The notes under the pieces: model-generated | The model's input: the letters and a program-made list of their open reading frames with translations, nothing else | What the model was told of the DNA's origin: nothing | Database searches by the model: none | Origin: Eledone cirrhosa | Lineage: Eukaryota | NCBI GenBank assembly: GCA_964016885.1 | Contig: OZ024759.1 | Location: forward strand, 5,084,001-5,148,000 | Length of the DNA stretch: 64,000 nucleotides | Direction of reading: 5' to 3' | Program-made: the position numbers and the translations under genes | Shown here: piece by piece, positions 61,880 through 64,000 of the stretch | Layout of the letters: each line of letters begins with the position of its first letter | Position numbering within the stretch: the first letter of the stretch is position 1

Positions 61880-63059
61880 CAGAGGTTCTCAAACTTTTTC
61901 GGGCCATCGCCCCCCACACGGCCTTGTAATACCCTCTAAAACACCACACCTATTTCCAGAGAGACCTACCTACAAGCAAATTGTAAATAATATAAAAAAA
62001 AGGAACGATTGACTTTCGTCAAATCGGACCGAGGAAACAATGTTTCCGTTGGTCTTTCCAATTGCTAATACTATCTATCGGTCGCAACTCCAGGTCGAAG
62101 GAGCAACGTGAAATAAAGTAAATAATATATAATACATAAAATGGTTGATATATAATAAATAATTCTTTCTACTTTTGGCACAAGGCCAGCAATTACTCCA
62201 GTGTATTACTGGTACTGTATTTTATCGACCCAGTAAAGGTGAAAGGCAAAATTAACCTAGGAGGGATTTAAACTCAGATAATAAAGGGCCGTAACTCTAT
62301 GCTGCAAAGCATGGTGTCCTACCTTCTATAATATATCGACAGTCGATCAACTTCCATCAAATTGGACCACGGAATCAATGCTTCCATTGGTCTTTCCAAT
62401 TGCTAATACTATCTATCAGTTGCAACTCCAGGTAGAAAGAACAACCTCACAACCTCACGATTGCAAATCCGATTCTCTAATCACTCAGCCTTCACTATCA
62501 TCATCATTATCATCATTTTACATCCGCTTTTCCCTGCTTGTAAGGGTGGGACAGGTCTTATTAAACACAGCATCTCTCCATTTGTCACGGTTCCTTGTCA
62601 TCTCCTCCATGAGCTTCAGTGATCTGAGGTCTGCTCTCACCACCTCTGCCCATGTTTTTCGTGATCTTCCTCTACTGTGTCTTCCTTCTACTGTGATTTC
62701 TTGGCAGTTCTTTACCCAGCTGTCATCCACCATGCGCATCACATGTCCATACCAACACAGTCTTCTCTCCCACACACTACAACTTATCCCTCTTATACAC
62801 AGTTTCTCTCTCAACTCGTCTATACTTTGTCGTTCACACACATTGACATCACACATGCAACAGCATATACTTGCTTCATTTCTATCCACTATATAATATA
62901 TACTATGTATCAATAAATATCATATACTTTTTTTATTTTACTATATTTATATATAAAATTTATCATTTGATATTTGATATACTATTATATCCTCTCCACC
63001 CCCATCCTTAAGCCCCAGCACCCCTCTTGGGGCAGTAGCACCCACTTTGAGAACCTCTG
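61880..63059. mobile_element. hAT (Charlie-type) non-autonomous element with nested SINE and RTE 3' fragment
   Basis: 14-bp TIR cagaggttctcaaa / tttgagaacctctg. TSD ttctagaa / ttctagag fits the NTCTAGAN target. Confidence 0.85.
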
Positions 63060-63138
63060 TTCTAGAGGGAAGTGAAATTGTAAAGTGTAACAGGCAAGAA
63101 GACAACATTTTTCCAAACAAACAAAAAAACCAACTTAC

Positions 63139-63396
63139 TATCAATATAGTTATAATATATCCTTAGTTGGGAAATATCGTATGTTTGTCTGAGTTCAAGA
63201 GTCCACAATGATGTTGGAGAGCTCATTGTATGAGAACAAGATCTGTGTTGTGGGTTTTGATCGAAGTTACCATCTACAGCCAGGTTAGCTGACATTGAGT
63301 ACATTTCATTGCGACAAACATTGTTTTTCATTAGAATTACACTGCTTGTTTTGTCTGTCGTGGTTTGTGTAGCTACTTTACCAATAGCTATATTTC
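63139..63396 (-). CDS. Exon: N-terminal part of F-type lectin-like domain (258 bp, phase 1-1)
   Basis: tttttcag|GA AAT ATA GCT ... ATT GAT A|gtaagt. Translates NIAIGKVATQTTTDK...SANLAVDGNFDQNPQHRSCSHTMSSPTSLWTLELRQTYDISQLRIYYNYID, matching the FTP pattern N-x-A-x-GK / A-x2-AVDG / C-x-HT / W-x3-L. Confidence 0.88.
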
Positions 63397-64000
63397 CTGA
63401 AAAAGAATGAAAGAAAATTTAATGAAAGTCAATTACTATGAAATGAAATGGATCTCAGTCAGTTGAAACGATGATTGATCCAGTGGGAAAAGACAAATTG
63501 TTTTCTATATACTAAACTTTTGAAATATCTTTTACGTTATCTCTAAATTATTCCATATTTCCAGTAGAGGCATGTGGCCTAGTGTTAAGTGTGTTGGACT
63601 TACAATCATAATGTCATGGGTTCGATTTCTGGGGTGGGTTGTGTGTTGTGTTCTTGAGCAAAACACTTCATTTCACGTTGCTCCAGTATACTCTGCTGAA
63701 AATGAGCACCAGCAATAACTGTGGAGGGTGTAACCCTGCAATGGACTGATGTCCTGTCCAGGAGGAAGTCTTGTACTCACAGTCGCTTTATGCCATGAAA
63801 CCAGGATAAGCATTGGCCTAATGAGCCTTCAGGCTTGAGACAGTATAGTCCTATACGAACGAGACACGGTCACCCGACCAATCTTGCCTCAATTGGGACA
63901 ACTCCCGACTAACCCATGCTAGCATGGAAGATAGATGTAAACGATGATGATGATGATGATGATATAGCAACCTCAGCCTCAACAGCGACAGCAACAACAA

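Larger units (their letters stand above)
1034..63396 (-). other. Partial multi-exon gene: F-type lectin (FTP/F5-8C-like) domain followed by tandem MEGF10/SCARF-type EGF modules; functional status uncertain
   Basis: Co-oriented phase-1 exons with AG/GT boundaries join in frame: NIAIGK..AVDGN..CSHT..CEVEVF, then repeated C-x2-G-x-F/Y-G-x2-C-x3-C-x-C..C..G-x-C..C-x2-G..C modules. The 5' and 3' exons are outside the window. Confidence 0.88.

Overview
Eukaryotic, AT-rich, repeat-dense DNA. The SINE motifs, (TA)n/(CAT)n tracts and TTAA-MITEs suggest a mollusc, probably an octopus-like cephalopod (inference). The whole window lies inside one minus-strand multi-exon gene whose start and end are outside the window. 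Two exons (63139-63396, 53474-53662) encode an F-type-lectin/F5-8C-like domain. They are followed by a tandem cassette of symmetric phase-1 exons of about 138 bp, each encoding one 8-Cys MEGF10/SCARF-type EGF module. Ten of these are intact, five are damaged, and several half-exon relics lie between them. The introns are inflated by at least seven minisatellite families (60, 38, 54, 48, 31, 51 and 72 bp) plus (CAC)n. The 38- and 54-bp families derive from the EGF exon itself, and three others sit in or at the ends of DNA transposons. Also present are a near full-length decayed Tx1/L1-clade LINE nested in the internal repeat array of a TTAA (piggyBac-type) MITE, two hAT elements with 8-bp TSDs, RTE/CR1/mariner fragments and many SINEs. 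Four minimal type-I hammerhead-ribozyme motifs of three sequence families occur in introns. Two of them form a same-strand pair within 570-bp direct repeats (retrozyme-like). The lectin exon has an ATAAGT donor in place of GTAAGT. Most long ORFs in the supplied track are satellite translation artefacts. All structures were read by eye; no database search or folding was run.
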